A DNA stretch of 64,000 bases from an uncultured delta proteobacterium (GCA_963816395.1 CAWFKQ010000010.1:1-64000); one strand, 5' to 3'; shown: positions 25,974-38,769, counted from the first letter of the stretch. Notes: generated by a model not told the origin, from the letters alone. Translations and numbers: made by a program.

Positions 25974-26954
25974 ATGGGCGACAAGGTGCACTACAGCGAA
26001 CTCGGCCTGGTCAATACCAGGGAGATGTTTAAAAAAGCGGTGAGCGGCGGCTACGCCATTCCCGCCTACAACTTCAATAACCTGGAGCAACTGCAGGCGA
26101 TCGTCACCGCCTGTGCCGAAACCGGCTCGCCGGTCATCGTCCAGGTGAGCAAGGGAGCCCGCAGCTACGCCAACGAAACGATGCTGCGCTACATGGCCCT
26201 GGGCGCCGTCAAAATGGCCCGGGAGATGGGATCGAACATCCCCATCGCCCTGCACCTCGACCATGGCGACTCGCTGGAACTGTGCAAGTCCTGCGTCGAT
26301 TCCGGCTTCTCCTCGGTGATGATCGATGGCTCCCACCTGCCGTACGAGGAAAATATTGCTCTTACCCGGCAGGTGGTGGAATATGCCCACGCTCAGGATG
26401 TCACCGTCGAGGCGGAGCTTGGCGTGCTGGCCGGCATCGAAGATGAGGTCTCCGCGGCAAAGTCCACCTACACCCGTCCCGAGGAGGTGGAGGACTTCGT
26501 CCGCAAGACCGGCGTCGATTCCCTGGCCATCTCCATCGGTACCAGCCACGGTGCCTACAAATTCAAGATCAAGGAAGGGGAGGTGGTCCCCGAGCTGCGC
26601 TTTGATATCCTCAAAGAGGTCGAGAAGCGCATCCCGGGCTTCCCCATCGTTCTGCACGGCGCCTCCAGCGTGGTGCAGGAATACGTGCAGGTCATCAATC
26701 AGTACGGCGGCAAAATGGAAGGAGCCGTGGGCATTCCCGAGGACCAACTGCGGCAGGCGGCGGCCAGCGCCGTGTGCAAGATCAACATCGACTCCGACGG
26801 ACGCCTGGCGGTGACCGCCCGGATTCGCGAGTATATGGCCAAGCACCCCGAAGAATTCGATCCCCGCAAATACCTGGGGGAAGCGCGCAAGGAACTGATC
26901 AAGCTGATCAAGCACAAGAACCAGACGGTGCTCGGCAGCGCCGGTCGCGCCTGA
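25974..26954 (+). CDS. fba: Fructose-bisphosphate aldolase class II
   Basis: LHLDHG, SVMIDGS, EAELG, IGTSHGAYK, VLHGAS and KINIDSD. Confidence 0.97.
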   Translation: MGDKVHYSELGLVNTREMFKKAVSGGYAIPAYNFNNLEQLQAIVTACAETGSPVIVQVSKGARSYANETMLRYMALGAVKMAREMGSNIPIALHLDHGDSLELCKSCVDSGFSSVMIDGSHLPYEENIALTRQVVEYAHAQDVTVEAELGVLAGIEDEVSAAKSTYTRPEEVEDFVRKTGVDSLAISIGTSHGAYKFKIKEGEVVPELRFDILKEVEKRIPGFPIVLHGASSVVQEYVQVINQYGGKMEGAVGIPEDQLRQAAASAVCKINIDSDGRLAVTARIREYMAKHPEEFDPRKYLGEARKELIKLIKHKNQTVLGSAGRA

Positions 26955-27151
26955 CGGGTTCCTGTTCCTGACCTGAGGACCGCCAGGCAGTTGCTCGGCG
27001 GTCCTTTTCTTGCCGCCATTGATGACCTGGCTAGTTGTCTTTTGGAAATTTTTGTTATACTCGGAGCAGAGGATGAGAGACCGATTATATCGTTTATCCC
27101 GGGTTCCTCCCCCGGCAGCAAGGGGTCGCTGTTCACCCTGGAGGCTTAAGA

Positions 27152-27466
27152 ATGAAAAAACATCCCAACGAATTCACCCGCAAGCTGATAGTTCACCATT
27201 TTGCCAAGCGGCAGATGGAAGTCGAAGTCAATGCCATCGAAAACGGCTATGTCATTTTCCTTCGCCGGTTCAGTGCCATCGAGGGCTGCAACGTCAAGGA
27301 TCCGGCCGGTCGGTTGGTCTACGACCATGGTCGGGATTTCTGGCGGTTGTACTGGATGAGCGGCAGGACCCTTTGGCATCTCTACGACCGCTACCCGCAT
27401 CTGCTCCAGGCCCTCGACGAGATGCTCAGCGAACATGCCGCCAATCTCTTCCAGAAGGTCCTGTGA
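27152..27466 (+). CDS. Hypothetical protein, DUF3024-like
   Basis: RLVY...WRLYWM...WHLY pattern; terminator follows. Confidence 0.6.
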   Translation: MKKHPNEFTRKLIVHHFAKRQMEVEVNAIENGYVIFLRRFSAIEGCNVKDPAGRLVYDHGRDFWRLYWMSGRTLWHLYDRYPHLLQALDEMLSEHAANLFQKVL

Positions 27467-27483
27467 ATAAGTTCTTCTCTGGC

Positions 27484-27512
27484 GAAAAAGCCGCCGAAAG
27501 GGCGGCTTTTTC
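27484..27512. terminator. Bidirectional terminator
   Basis: GAAAAAGCCGCC-gaaag-GGCGGCTTTTTC. Confidence 0.8.
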
Positions 27513-27576
27513 AAGGGGCGCAAGCCCCCGAAACGATGGCGCGAAGCCGCTGAGAAGTTGGCCGGCACCGGGAGGG

Positions 27577-28828
27577 TCAGGAGGCGGCCGGCTTTTTTTC
27601 GGAGGGCGGGAAAACCGTCTCGATCATTATGGTCCGGCCATCCCGTTCGATTTGCAGCTTCATCCGGTCGCCGGGATGTTTCTGCCGGACCGCGTAGACG
27701 ACGTCGAAGGCCTCGCTGACCGGGGTGCCGTCCACCGCCAGGATCCGGTCTCCCTTGCGGATTCCGACCTGTTCGGCCACCGATCCGGGAGTCACCGCTT
27801 CGACCTCGATCTTCCCTCCCTCTTTCTCCTCCAGACTCACGCCCAGGCGGACCGGTGGCCGGGCGAGTTCTTCATACCGCGTATAGGCAAGGAAATCGTA
27901 GGGGACCATGGGAAACTGCGGCTCTACCACATCCATCAGCCGATCCTGCATGCTCTCCGGGATGTCGATCTCTTGCGAACCGACCAGCACGTAGGAGGTG
28001 GGCAGGCGGCGAAAGACCCGGCGCGGGATGCCGAAGCCGAAACGGATGTGGTTGCCGCCGGCGAGCACCACCATGTGGTCTCCCTCGTGTCCCTGCAGGT
28101 AGCGGGCGACGCTGGCGGCCATTGTCTCATCCCACAAGGTCTGCACGCGCAGAAAACCCTCCAGGTTGCCGCCATGCGCATGCCCGCCGTAAATGCTCTC
28201 GACCAGTGCCTTTTGATACGGATCCGAAAAATCCATTTCCGGCAGGGCCTCCCGTTCCTGCGGCGTCAGTTCGGCCAGAGGTTTTTCGCCGACCGCTTTG
28301 ACCAGTGACTTCTCGGCATTCAGACCGATGACCGGGATGCGCTGGTCCCGGGCAAAAACGAGCAGATCGCGATAGTAGTCGAAATCCATCCGCCAGACGC
28401 GGTACCAGCGGGATTCCTTGGATGAATTCCTTCTCGCTGAGCTCGCCGGCCACCCAGCGGTCGAGCACCGGCTGCTGCGCCGGCGTGAACATTTCCATCC
28501 CCAGGGCGATCCGTCCCGGCCAGCGCGCGGCCATGGCCCGCAAAACCGCCAGCTCCAGCCGGTGCGAGGCGGGATTGTCATGCGTTTCGCCGACATAGGC
28601 GATGCGGGCGTCGGTGACCACGCCGAGCATCTGCACCTCGCTGACGAAGGTGCCGGTGGGCAGGTGCAGGATATCGCCAACGGTCGGTGGTCGGGGCGGT
28701 GGGTAGGGGGATTCGGGATTGCCGGTAAGGACGGGGTTGCCGGCACTGGTGGTCGGGCCGGGGGCACAGGCGGTCATCAGCAGTCCGGATAGCAGCAGCG
28801 GCAGAAACAGGCGCAGGATGGCAGGCAT
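27577..28828 (-). CDS. ChaN-family lipoprotein with C-terminal PDZ domain (frameshift near 28420)
   Basis: Lipobox LMTAC; YVGETHDNPASHRLE, LGMEMF, QTLWDETMA and LAGGNH; PDZ segment PGSVAEQVGIRKGDRIL. Confidence 0.82.
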
Positions 28829-28858
28829 GGGCAGGCCTCTTCCGGCAGCGGCCGGCGG

Positions 28859-29653
28859 TCAGAAGATATTTTTGGAGTAGAAAATCTCGGTCATCTCCTG
28901 TTTGAGACTTTTCTTGATCCGCGCCCGCTCCTCATCGGTGAAATCGGCAGAGGCGGCGGCAAACAGGTAATTGTCCAGGTTGAAATCCTTCAGCAGCATC
29001 TTGGTGTGGAAGAGATTCTCCTGATAAATATTGATGTCCACCGTCTGATAGAGATCCAGGATCATCCTGTCGATGCACTGCTGGATGGAAAAGATCCGGT
29101 GGTCGATATAGTGTTTGTTCCCCTTGATGTCGCGGGTGAACCCCCGTACCTTGTAGTCGACCAGTACGATGTCCGACTCGAAGGAGCGGATCAGGTGATT
29201 GAGGGCCTTCAGCGGGCTGATTTGGCCGCAGGTGGAGACGTCGACGTCGACCCGGAAGGTGGAGATCCCGGTCCGGGAATCGGTTTCGGGATAAGTGTGG
29301 ATGCACAGGTGGCTCTTGTCAAGGTGAGCCAGTACCTGCTCCGGCTTCGTTTCCACCGGTTCCTCGGCGATCAGGATGGTGACGCTCGCCCCCATGGGGT
29401 CGTAGTCCTGGCTGGAGACGTCGAGGATGTTGGCGCCGATAATCTCCGCCACCTCGTGCAGGATGTTCACCAGGCGCTGGGAATTGTATTCCTCGTCGAT
29501 GTACTCCAGGTATTCCTTGCGCGCCTGCGGCGAGCGGGCGTAGCAGACGTCGTAGATATTGAACGACAGGGTCTTGGTCAGATTGTTGAAGCCGCGCAGC
29601 TTGAGCTTGCGCCCGACCCGCCGCGTGCCGCGTGAATTTTTTTTCTTCGCCAT
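28859..29653 (-). CDS. speD: S-adenosylmethionine decarboxylase proenzyme (E. coli type)
   Basis: [28 protein letters not shown] and VSTCG.ISPLKAL. Confidence 0.95.
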   Translation of the reverse strand: MAKKKNSRGTRRVGRKLKLRGFNNLTKTLSFNIYDVCYARSPQARKEYLEYIDEEYNSQRLVNILHEVAEIIGANILDVSSQDYDPMGASVTILIAEEPVETKPEQVLAHLDKSHLCIHTYPETDSRTGISTFRVDVDVSTCGQISPLKALNHLIRSFESDIVLVDYKVRGFTRDIKGNKHYIDHRIFSIQQCIDRMILDLYQTVDINIYQENLFHTKMLLKDFNLDNYLFAAASADFTDEERARIKKSLKQEMTEIFYSKNIF

Positions 29654-29845
29654 CCGCAATATCCCTCCCCTTGCGGTGAGATATTTGGCCCGAGCCAAAC
29701 CCCGCCATTTAAGCACAGGCGGTCATCGGGGACAAGGGATTAGCGTCCCGCTGATCTCATCGACGCTACCCGGCCGGACGGAGTACTGGCTCGGTGCCCC
29801 GGCAGCAACCGGGGCGGCAGAAAGCAATGGCGGGAAGAAGAGGTC

Positions 29846-31147
29846 TCAGCCGGCGGCGGTTTTGCCCCGCCGTTCGTTCATCACCTTGTAAGCGCAGAAC
29901 TCACCGCACATGGTGCAGGCGCCGTGCGCCTCATCCACCCCTGACTCGGCGCGCAGGCGGCGGGCCTTGGCCGGGTCGAGGGCGAGGGCGAACTGCCCCT
30001 CCCAGTCGAGGTTCTTTCGGCAGCGGGCCATGGCGGTATCCTTCGCCAGGGCACCGGGAATGCCCTTGACGATGTCGGCGGCGTGGGCGGCGATGCGGCT
30101 CGCCATCACCCCCTCGTGGACATCTTCCACGGTGGGCAGGCGCAGGTGCTCGCTGGGAGTGACGTAGCAGAGGAAATCGGCGCCGGCGGCGGCGGCGATG
30201 GCCCCGCCGATGGCGCAGGTGATGTGGTCGTAGCCGGGGGCGATGTCGGTAACCAGCGGCCCCAGGACATAGAAGGGTGCACCATGGCAAAGGCGCTTCT
30301 GCAACTGGATGTTCGCTTCGATCTGGTTGAGCGGCACGTGCCCGGGACCCTCGATCATCACCTGGACGCCGGCCTCCCGTGCCCGCTGGGTCAATTCGCC
30401 GAGCAGGATCAGTTCGTGGATCTGAGCGCGGTCGGTGGCGTCGGCCAGGCAGCCCGGCCGGAAGCCGTCCCCCAGGGAAAGAACCGCATCGTACGGCCGG
30501 ACGATCTCCAGCAGCCGATCAAAGTGTTCGAAGAGCGGGTTTTCCATCTGGTTGTGGGCCATCCACTCGACGGTGAAGGAGCCGCCGCGGGAAACCACGT
30601 CCATGATCCGCCCCTCGCGGTCCATGCGCTCCACTGTCGCCCGGGTAACGCCGCAATGGACGGTGATGAAGTCGACGCCATCATCCAGGTGCTTGGCGAT
30701 GCCGGCGAAGATGTCGTCGGCGGTCATTTCGACGATCGCCTTCTGCTGCCGGTTGACCGCATCGAGGGCCGCCTGGTAGAGGGGAACCGAGCCGATGCAG
30801 GCCTCGGTTTCGGCGATGACGGCGCGGCGGATCTCGTCCACCGGCCCGCCGGTGGAAAGATCCATGAGAGCGTCGGCCCCGGCCGCCACCGCCACCCGCG
30901 CCTTCTCCAGTTCCTTGTCGACACTGGTGTCGTCCCGGCTGGTGCCGATATTGGCGTTGACCTTGGTGCGCAGTCCCTGCCCGACCGCCAGGGGGATGCC
31001 GCCGGCGCGCCGGGTGTTGTGGCAAACGACGGCAGTGCCGGCAGCGAGGCCCTGGCGCAGCAGTTCCGGATCGATTCCCTCGGCGGCGGCCGCCTGCCGC
31101 ACGAGATCGGTGAGGACGCCCTGGCGGGCGAGTTCGAGCTGGGTCAT
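29846..31147 (-). CDS. thiC: Phosphomethylpyrimidine synthase
   Basis: KVNANIG, MDLSTGG, SRGGS, SLGDGFRPG, EGPGHVP and CTMCGEFC; downstream of a TPP riboswitch. Confidence 0.93.
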   Translation of the reverse strand: MTQLELARQGVLTDLVRQAAAAEGIDPELLRQGLAAGTAVVCHNTRRAGGIPLAVGQGLRTKVNANIGTSRDDTSVDKELEKARVAVAAGADALMDLSTGGPVDEIRRAVIAETEACIGSVPLYQAALDAVNRQQKAIVEMTADDIFAGIAKHLDDGVDFITVHCGVTRATVERMDREGRIMDVVSRGGSFTVEWMAHNQMENPLFEHFDRLLEIVRPYDAVLSLGDGFRPGCLADATDRAQIHELILLGELTQRAREAGVQVMIEGPGHVPLNQIEANIQLQKRLCHGAPFYVLGPLVTDIAPGYDHITCAIGGAIAAAAGADFLCYVTPSEHLRLPTVEDVHEGVMASRIAAHAADIVKGIPGALAKDTAMARCRKNLDWEGQFALALDPAKARRLRAESGVDEAHGACTMCGEFCAYKVMNERRGKTAAG

Positions 31148-31168
31148 GGTGGGAACCTCATTTGGCAA

Positions 31169-31205
31169 TTTTGAATTCTGAATTTTAAATTCTGAATTGA
31201 ATCAA
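31169..31205 (-). repeat. AT-rich heptamer tract between thiED and thiC
   Basis: ttttgaa ttctgaa ttttaaa ttctgaa on the + strand. Confidence 0.7.
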
Positions 31206-31256
31206 TCTATCACAATCTTCGACTGTCACCAGAAGCCACGCCGACCGCTCCAGTCG

Positions 31257-32675
<1,419 letters not shown>

Positions 32676-32711
32676 CGCAAGCTTTCGGGCGGCGCGCGAG
32701 CTGTTTCCCGG

Positions 32712-32755
32712 GAAAAACAAAGCGCCGCGGGCGATGAAAAGACGCGCGGCGCTCC
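32712..32755 (-). terminator. Attenuator terminator of the TPP riboswitch expression platform
   Basis: AGCGCCGCG-loop-CGCGGCGCT followed by TTGTTTTT, between the aptamer and the thiED start. Confidence 0.6.
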
Positions 32756-32775
32756 GAATGAGTTCAGATGGTCCC

Positions 32776-32866
32776 GCCCGCTTCCCTCCGCCGGTATTAC
32801 CCGGATCAGGTTCCAAGGGTCGTTCCGCCGCAGCGAAACTCTCAGTATAACACTCCCCTAGCGGTC
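32776..32866 (-). ncRNA. TPP riboswitch
   Basis: GGGGAG..CTGAGAG..GACCCTTGGAACCTGATCCGGGTAATACCGGCGGAGGGAA consensus upstream of the thi genes. Confidence 0.95.
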
Positions 32867-33130
32867 TGTGCTGGTTGTGGCTTGCCGGCCTTGCGGCCGG
32901 GAGTTCCCCTTTTTAAGGCTATCCGGCTTCTCGCCGGTGCCGGCTTCCGCCGAAAGGGAAATGCTCTGCGGAAACGCAGAAATCCCCGAAAGGGTAGAAA
33001 AAGACTAAAGGATTCGCCCGAGGCTGTCAACTCTATTGTCGGCACTGTCGGGAAGGTTCTTTACAGCCCCTTTTCGCCGTGGTACAAAATTCTTTTTCCC
33101 GCCTCAGCCAACCGACAGGATTTGTTCGCC

Positions 33131-34249
33131 ATGCACGGCCATCGCCCTACTCGTGTCGAAATCGACCTGCACGCCCTCCGTCACAATTTCCTGCAGGCCC
33201 GCCGGCAGGCCGATGGCCGGCGTATTCTCGCCGTCGTCAAGGCTGATGCCTACGGCCACGGTGCTGTCCGGGTCGCCGCGGCATTGCAGGCGGCCGGCGC
33301 CGAGCTGTTCGGTGTCGCCTTGGTCGAGGAAGGCATCGAATTGCGGCAGGCCGGGATCGAACGGCCGGTGCTCATCCTGGGAGGGATCTATCCGGGGCAG
33401 GAGGAAGAGATCTTCCGCTACAGCCTCACCACTGTTCTTTTCGACCTGGAGGTGGCCCGTCGCCTCAACGAACGGGCGCGGGCGAACGGCCGGATCTGTC
33501 CGTTTCACCTGAAAATAGATACCGGCATGGGGCGGGTCGGTTTTCGACCGGAGGAGCTCGCGGCGGTGCTGCCGGCGCTGACTGCCCTCGATAGCCTGAG
33601 GCTGGAGGGTTTGATCTCGCACCTGGCCCTGGCCGATGAGCCGGCGGATCCCTTCACCGAAGAACAGATACGCCGCTTTCGTGCCTGCCTGACCCAGGTG
33701 CGGGAGGCCGGCTTCGCCCCTTCCTGCCTGCACCTGAGCAACAGCGCTGCCCTGTTTTCCCGGGAGATTCCCGAGGCCAACCTGGTGCGGCCCGGCATCG
33801 TCCTGTACGGCGGCCTGCCTTCCGGCCATTTCGCCGGCCGCCTCGATCTGCAGCCGGTGATGAGTTTTCGCACCTCGGTCGTACAGGTGAAAGAGGTGCC
33901 GGCCGGCACCGGCGTTTCCTACGGTCACCGCTTCCGTGCTGCACAGCCGGCGGTGCTGGCCGCCATCCCGGTGGGCTATGCCGACGGCTTCAGCCGTGAT
34001 CTCTCCGGCCGGGGGGAAGTACTGATTCGCGGCCGCCGGGCGAAAGTGGCGGGGACCGTGTGCATGGACTGGACGCTGCTCGACGTCACCCATATCCCGG
34101 AGGTGGCGGTCGGCGATCAGGTAACCCTCCTCGGTGCCGATCGGGGCGAGTCGATCACTGCCGAGGAATGGGCGGAGCGCATCGGCACCATTTCCTACGA
34201 GGTCTTCTGCCAGATCGGCAAGCGGGTGCCGCGGATTTATAAAGGGTAG
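33131..34249 (+). CDS. alr: Alanine racemase
   Basis: AVVKADAYGHG, KIDTGMGRVG, VRPGIVLYG and GYADG. Confidence 0.97.
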   Translation: MHGHRPTRVEIDLHALRHNFLQARRQADGRRILAVVKADAYGHGAVRVAAALQAAGAELFGVALVEEGIELRQAGIERPVLILGGIYPGQEEEIFRYSLTTVLFDLEVARRLNERARANGRICPFHLKIDTGMGRVGFRPEELAAVLPALTALDSLRLEGLISHLALADEPADPFTEEQIRRFRACLTQVREAGFAPSCLHLSNSAALFSREIPEANLVRPGIVLYGGLPSGHFAGRLDLQPVMSFRTSVVQVKEVPAGTGVSYGHRFRAAQPAVLAAIPVGYADGFSRDLSGRGEVLIRGRRAKVAGTVCMDWTLLDVTHIPEVAVGDQVTLLGADRGESITAEEWAERIGTISYEVFCQIGKRVPRIYKG

Positions 34250-34316
34250 GCAAGAGGCAATAGGCTGGAAGAAATCAGGCACTGACTGAAACCTGGCCTG
34301 CAACCTGGAACCTGAA
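34250..34316 (+). repeat. Bipartite heptamer tract between alr and the ASKHA gene
   Basis: ggcaaga ggcaata ggctgga ... gcctgca acctgga acctgaa. Confidence 0.7.
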
Positions 34317-34317
34317 G

Positions 34318-35552
34318 ATGAGCGAAGCGAAGCTTCTACTTGCTTTCGATCTGGGGACCACCACCCTCGCCGGTCGGCTGCTGGCGCCCGATGGGGCGGT
34401 CCTGGCGGAAGCGGAGGCGCGCAACCCGCAGGCGGAATTCGGCGCCGATGTCATCCGCCGCCTGGAAGCTGCTTTGGGCGGAAGGGAATTGCTGCTGCAG
34501 GCCAGCCTGGTCGAGGGACTGGAGGTGCTGATCAGCGAACTGCTGGCGCAGGCCGGCCGGTCCCGGTCGGCCATCATCGCCGCCGCTGCCGCCGGCAATC
34601 CCGCCATCAGCTATCTGTTGCGCCGTCTGCCGGCGCAGGAGATTCTCTTTCCGCCGCACCGACCGCAGGAGACGGCAGGGGCCTTTCTCGCCCCGGTCGC
34701 TCTCGGCCTCGATCTGCCGGTCCCCCTCTATCTCTTTCCCCTGGTCAGCGGCTATGTCGGCGGCGATCTGGTGGCCTTTCTGCTGGCCGCGGAGCCATGG
34801 CGAACCCGGCACCCTCTTTCTGGACATCGGTACCAACGGAGAGATGGCCCTGCACGCCGGCGGGGCGTTGGTGGGCGACCTCGGTGGCCGCCGGCCCGGC
34901 TTTCGAGGGGGGTGAGATCGCTTGCGGCATGACGGCCCGGGCCGGAGCCGTGGAGGGGGTGGCGGTCGTTGGCGATGCCCTGCGACTGCGGGTGATCGGC
35001 GGCGGAGCGCCGCGCGGGGTCTGCGGCAGCGGCCTGGCCGCGGCGGTGGCGGCCGCCCGGGAAGGAGGGCTGATCGACGCCGCCGGCACCCTCGTCGATC
35101 CGGGCGCGGTTCCCACCAATCTCGCCCGCTATCTGGTTACCACGCCGGCCGGCCGGGCGCTGCGCCTTTACCGCGACGCCGCCGTCGATCTTCTCCTCAC
35201 CCAGGAGGATCTGCGCCGCTTCCAGTTGGCCAAGGGGGCGGTGCGGGCCGGGATCGACTGCCTGCTGCAGCGGGCGGGGGTGCGCGCCGGTGCGCTGCGG
35301 CAGGTTCTGGTGACCGGCGCTTTCGGCCTTTCCCTGCCGGCGGGCATCCTGAAAAGGGTTGCCATGCTGCCGGCAGACATGGTAGATAAAGTACGCTTTT
35401 CCCCGGGCGGAGCGCTCGCCGGCGTCTGCCGTTGCCTGCTGGTCCCCGACGGGCCAAAGCGGGCGCAGGCGCTGGCCTCGGCGATCCGCCCTTATCCGCT
35501 GTCGGGGACGCCGGCCTTCGAAAAGGCCTTCCTGCAAGGACTCGATTTCTGA
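34318..35552 (+). CDS. ASKHA-domain (DUF4445/RACE-like) ATPase without an N-terminal ferredoxin; frameshifts near 34800-34870
   Basis: DLGTTT, FGADVI.R, GYVGGD, DIGTNGE, AGPAFEG, GVCGSG and QLAKGA. Confidence 0.85.
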
Positions 35553-35737
35553 AAAACCGCCCGGGCGACGGTTTTTTCTTGTTTCTGGATGCCGTAATAT
35601 CTCTTTGGGCACCGATTTTTGACAGAGAACGCGGGAGATCATTCCTGCAATCTGCGGCTATCTTTCATTCTGCGCCCGCTGCTTGGATCTATCCTCTCTG
35701 AAGAAGCAGCTATCATGTCGAGAAAGGAACTGCTCCC

Positions 35738-37303
35738 ATGGCCGTCATCAAGCGCGCTCTGATCAGCGTCTCGGAAAAAACCGGCATCGTTGATTTCGCC
35801 AGGAATCTCGCCGGCCTCGGCGTTGAGATTCTCTCCACCGGCGGTACCGCCAGCCTGCTGCGGGAAAACGGCATTGCCGTCAAGGATGTCGCCGAGTTCA
35901 CCGGTTTCCCGGAGATGCTCGACGGCCGGGTGAAGACCCTGCACCCGAAGGTTCACGGAGGACTGCTGGGGATGCGCGACAATCCCGAGCACGTGGCGAA
36001 AATGGCCGAGCACGGAATCGAGCCGATCGATCTGGTGGCGGTCAACCTCTATCCCTTCGAGGGCACCGTCGCCAAGCCCGACTGCAGTCTGGAGGACGCC
36101 ATCGAGAACATCGACATCGGCGGCCCGACCATGCTGCGCAGCGCCGCCAAGAACAACCGCGACGTCACCGTCCTCGTCGACCCGGCCGACTACCCGCTGG
36201 TGCTGGCGGAGATGCAGGCCAGCGGGGGCGCCGTCTCGCGGGAGACCAACTTCCGCCTGGCGGTGAAAGTCTACCAGCACACCGCGGCCTACGACGGCGC
36301 CATCTCCAACTGGCTGGGACGGCGCCTCGGTGCCGAGAACGCCGAGTTTCCGCCGACACTCACCCTGCAGTTCAAGAAGGCGCAGGGGATGCGTTACGGT
36401 GAGAACCCCCACCAGCAGGCGGCCTTCTACGTCGAGCGCGAGGTGCGGGAGGCTTCGGTGGCCACCGCCCGCCAGTTGCAGGGGAAGGAGCTTTCCTATA
36501 ACAATATCGGTGATACCGATGCGGCCCTGGAATGCGTCAAGCAGTTCGGCGAGGGCCCGGCCTGCGTCATCGTCAAACACGCCAATCCCTGCGGCGTCGC
36601 CCTCGGCGGCACTCTTCTCGAAGCTTATCAGCGGGCGTTTTCCACCGATCCCGAGTCGGCCTTCGGCGGCATCATCGCCGTCAACCGGGAACTGGATGCC
36701 GAGACCGCCAAGGCGATCGTCGAGCGGCAGTTCGTCGAGGTGATCATCGCTCCCGCCGTTTCCGCCGAGGCCTCCGCCGTCGTCGCCGCCAAGAAGAACG
36801 TGCGGCTGCTCGCCTGCGGTGACTGGCCGGCCGAACCCGGCCGGCGCCTCGACTTGAAGCGGGTCAACGGCGGTCTGCTGGTGCAGGATGCCGATCTGGC
36901 GCTGCTCGATTCCACCCGGGTGGTCACCCGCCGACAGCCGACGGAGAAGGAGATGGCGGACCTGCTCTTTACCTGGCGGGTGGCGAAATTCGTCAAGTCC
37001 AATGCCATCGTCTACGGCCGGGACGGCATGACCATCGGTGTCGGCGCCGGCCAGATGAGCCGCGTCAACTCGGCACGCATCGCCGCCATCAAAGCCGAGC
37101 ATGCGGGGTTGGAGGTGCAAGGCTCGGTGATGGCATCGGATGCCTTCTTCCCCTTCCGGGATGGGATCGACAACGCTGCAGCCGCCGGGGTTGTCGCCGT
37201 CATCCAGCCGGGAGGCTCGATCCGCGATGAGGAGGTGATCGCCGCCGCCGACGAGCATGGGATGGCAATGGTGTTTACGGGGATGCGGCACTTCAGGCAT
37301 TAG
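35738..37303 (+). CDS. purH: Bifunctional AICAR transformylase / IMP cyclohydrolase
   Basis: [36 protein letters not shown] and SDAFFPF. Confidence 0.98.
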   Translation: MAVIKRALISVSEKTGIVDFARNLAGLGVEILSTGGTASLLRENGIAVKDVAEFTGFPEMLDGRVKTLHPKVHGGLLGMRDNPEHVAKMAEHGIEPIDLVAVNLYPFEGTVAKPDCSLEDAIENIDIGGPTMLRSAAKNNRDVTVLVDPADYPLVLAEMQASGGAVSRETNFRLAVKVYQHTAAYDGAISNWLGRRLGAENAEFPPTLTLQFKKAQGMRYGENPHQQAAFYVEREVREASVATARQLQGKELSYNNIGDTDAALECVKQFGEGPACVIVKHANPCGVALGGTLLEAYQRAFSTDPESAFGGIIAVNRELDAETAKAIVERQFVEVIIAPAVSAEASAVVAAKKNVRLLACGDWPAEPGRRLDLKRVNGGLLVQDADLALLDSTRVVTRRQPTEKEMADLLFTWRVAKFVKSNAIVYGRDGMTIGVGAGQMSRVNSARIAAIKAEHAGLEVQGSVMASDAFFPFRDGIDNAAAAGVVAVIQPGGSIRDEEVIAAADEHGMAMVFTGMRHFRH

Positions 37304-37312
37304 AACCGGAAA

Positions 37313-37397
37313 GCGTAATTTGTGACGCGTAATGCGTAATATGGGAAAAGCGCAAGATCACGTCTTTATCACGTCACTGATCACTCATTACTCAATG
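37313..37397 (+). repeat. Bipartite heptamer tract between purH and purD
   Basis: gcgtaat ttgtgac gcgtaat gcgtaat ... tcacgtc actgatc actcatt actcaat. Confidence 0.7.
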
Positions 37398-37410
37398 AGC
37401 CTTTAAAGGG

Positions 37411-38688
37411 ATGAGCATGAAAATACTGGTAGTAGGCGGCGGCGGCAGAGAGCACGCCCTGGTATGGAAGATCGCCCAATCTCCCCTGGTGGAGAAAATC
37501 TGGTGCGCACCGGGTAATCCCGGTATCGCCCGGGCTGCCGAATGCCTGCCCCTGGCGGTGGATGATCTGGAGGGCCTGCTCGCTTTTGCCCGTCGCGAGG
37601 GGATCGACCTTACGGTGGTCGGACCGGAAATTCCCCTGACTCTGGGAATCGTCGATCGTTTCCAGGCCGCGGGGCTGACCATTTTCGGGCCGACCCGCTC
37701 GGCCGCCCGCCTGGAGGGGAGCAAGGCATTCTGCAAGGACCTGATGGCGAAATACGGTATTCCCACCGCCGCCTACGGCACCTTTACCGAGCGGCCGGCG
37801 GCGGTGGATTTCATCCGCCGGCACGGCGCGCCCATCGTTGTCAAAGCGGACGGGCTGGCGGCCGGCAAAGGGGTGGTGGTAGCCGGCACGGAGGCGGAGG
37901 CGGTAGCCGCCGTCGATGAGGCCATGGTCGAAGGAGTCTTCGGCGAGGCGGGCCGGACGGTGGTGATCGAAGAGTTCCTGGAGGGGGAGGAAGCCTCCTT
38001 TCTTGCCTTCACCGATGGCCGCACCATCCTGCCGCTGGCTTCCGCCCAGGACCACAAGCCGGTCTTCGACGGCGACCGGGGACCGAACACCGGTGGCATG
38101 GGTGCCTATTCGCCGGCGCCGGTGGTGACCGCCGCTCTGCACCAGCGGATCGTCGACAGCATCCTGGCCCCCCTGGTAGCAGGGATGGAGAAGGAGGGGT
38201 GCCCCTACTGCGGCATTCTTTATGCCGGTCTGATGATCCGCGGCGGCCAGATCAAAGTTCTGGAGTTCAATGCCCGTTTCGGCGATCCAGAGGCGCAGCC
38301 GCTGCTCGCCCGGCTCAAATCCGACCTGGTGCCGGTGCTGCTCGCCTGCGCCCGCGGCGATCTCGCCGGGCTCACCCTGGAGTGGCACGACAAGGCTGCG
38401 GTCTGCGTGGTGATGGCCTCCGGCGGTTATCCGGGGAGCTTTCAGAAAGGCTATCCCATCCATGGCCTGGAAGAAGCCGGCAAGCTCGAAGATCTCATCG
38501 TTTTTCAGGCCGGCACCGCAGCCAGGAACGATCAGATCGTCAATAGCGGCGGCCGCGTGCTCGGGGTAACCGGGCTCGGTGCCACGGTCGCCGCGGCCAT
38601 CGACAAGGCTTACCAGGGAGTACGGGCCATTTCATGGCAGGATGCCCACTACCGCACCGACATAGGCCGCAAGGCGCTGGGGCGGTAA
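37411..38688 (+). CDS. purD: Phosphoribosylamine-glycine ligase
   Basis: GGGGREHAL, KADGLAAGKGV, GPNTGGMG and EFNARFGDPE. Confidence 0.98.
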   Translation: MSMKILVVGGGGREHALVWKIAQSPLVEKIWCAPGNPGIARAAECLPLAVDDLEGLLAFARREGIDLTVVGPEIPLTLGIVDRFQAAGLTIFGPTRSAARLEGSKAFCKDLMAKYGIPTAAYGTFTERPAAVDFIRRHGAPIVVKADGLAAGKGVVVAGTEAEAVAAVDEAMVEGVFGEAGRTVVIEEFLEGEEASFLAFTDGRTILPLASAQDHKPVFDGDRGPNTGGMGAYSPAPVVTAALHQRIVDSILAPLVAGMEKEGCPYCGILYAGLMIRGGQIKVLEFNARFGDPEAQPLLARLKSDLVPVLLACARGDLAGLTLEWHDKAAVCVVMASGGYPGSFQKGYPIHGLEEAGKLEDLIVFQAGTAARNDQIVNSGGRVLGVTGLGATVAAAIDKAYQGVRAISWQDAHYRTDIGRKALGR

Positions 38689-38760
38689 GGCAGGCTCAAG
38701 GTTCAAGGTTCAAGCGGGCTTAATTCGAAATCCAAAAATTCAGATTTCAAAATTTCAAGG
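38689..38760 (+). repeat. Heptamer tract between purD and purE
   Basis: ggctcaa ggttcaa ggttcaa ... aattcga aatccaa aaattca gatttca. Confidence 0.7.
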
Positions 38761-38769
38761 ATCTTGCCT

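Noticed and set aside
29846..31147. ThiC homologue as a BzaA/B/F benzimidazole synthase
   Set aside because: It lies downstream of a TPP riboswitch and thiED, with no cobalamin genes nearby.
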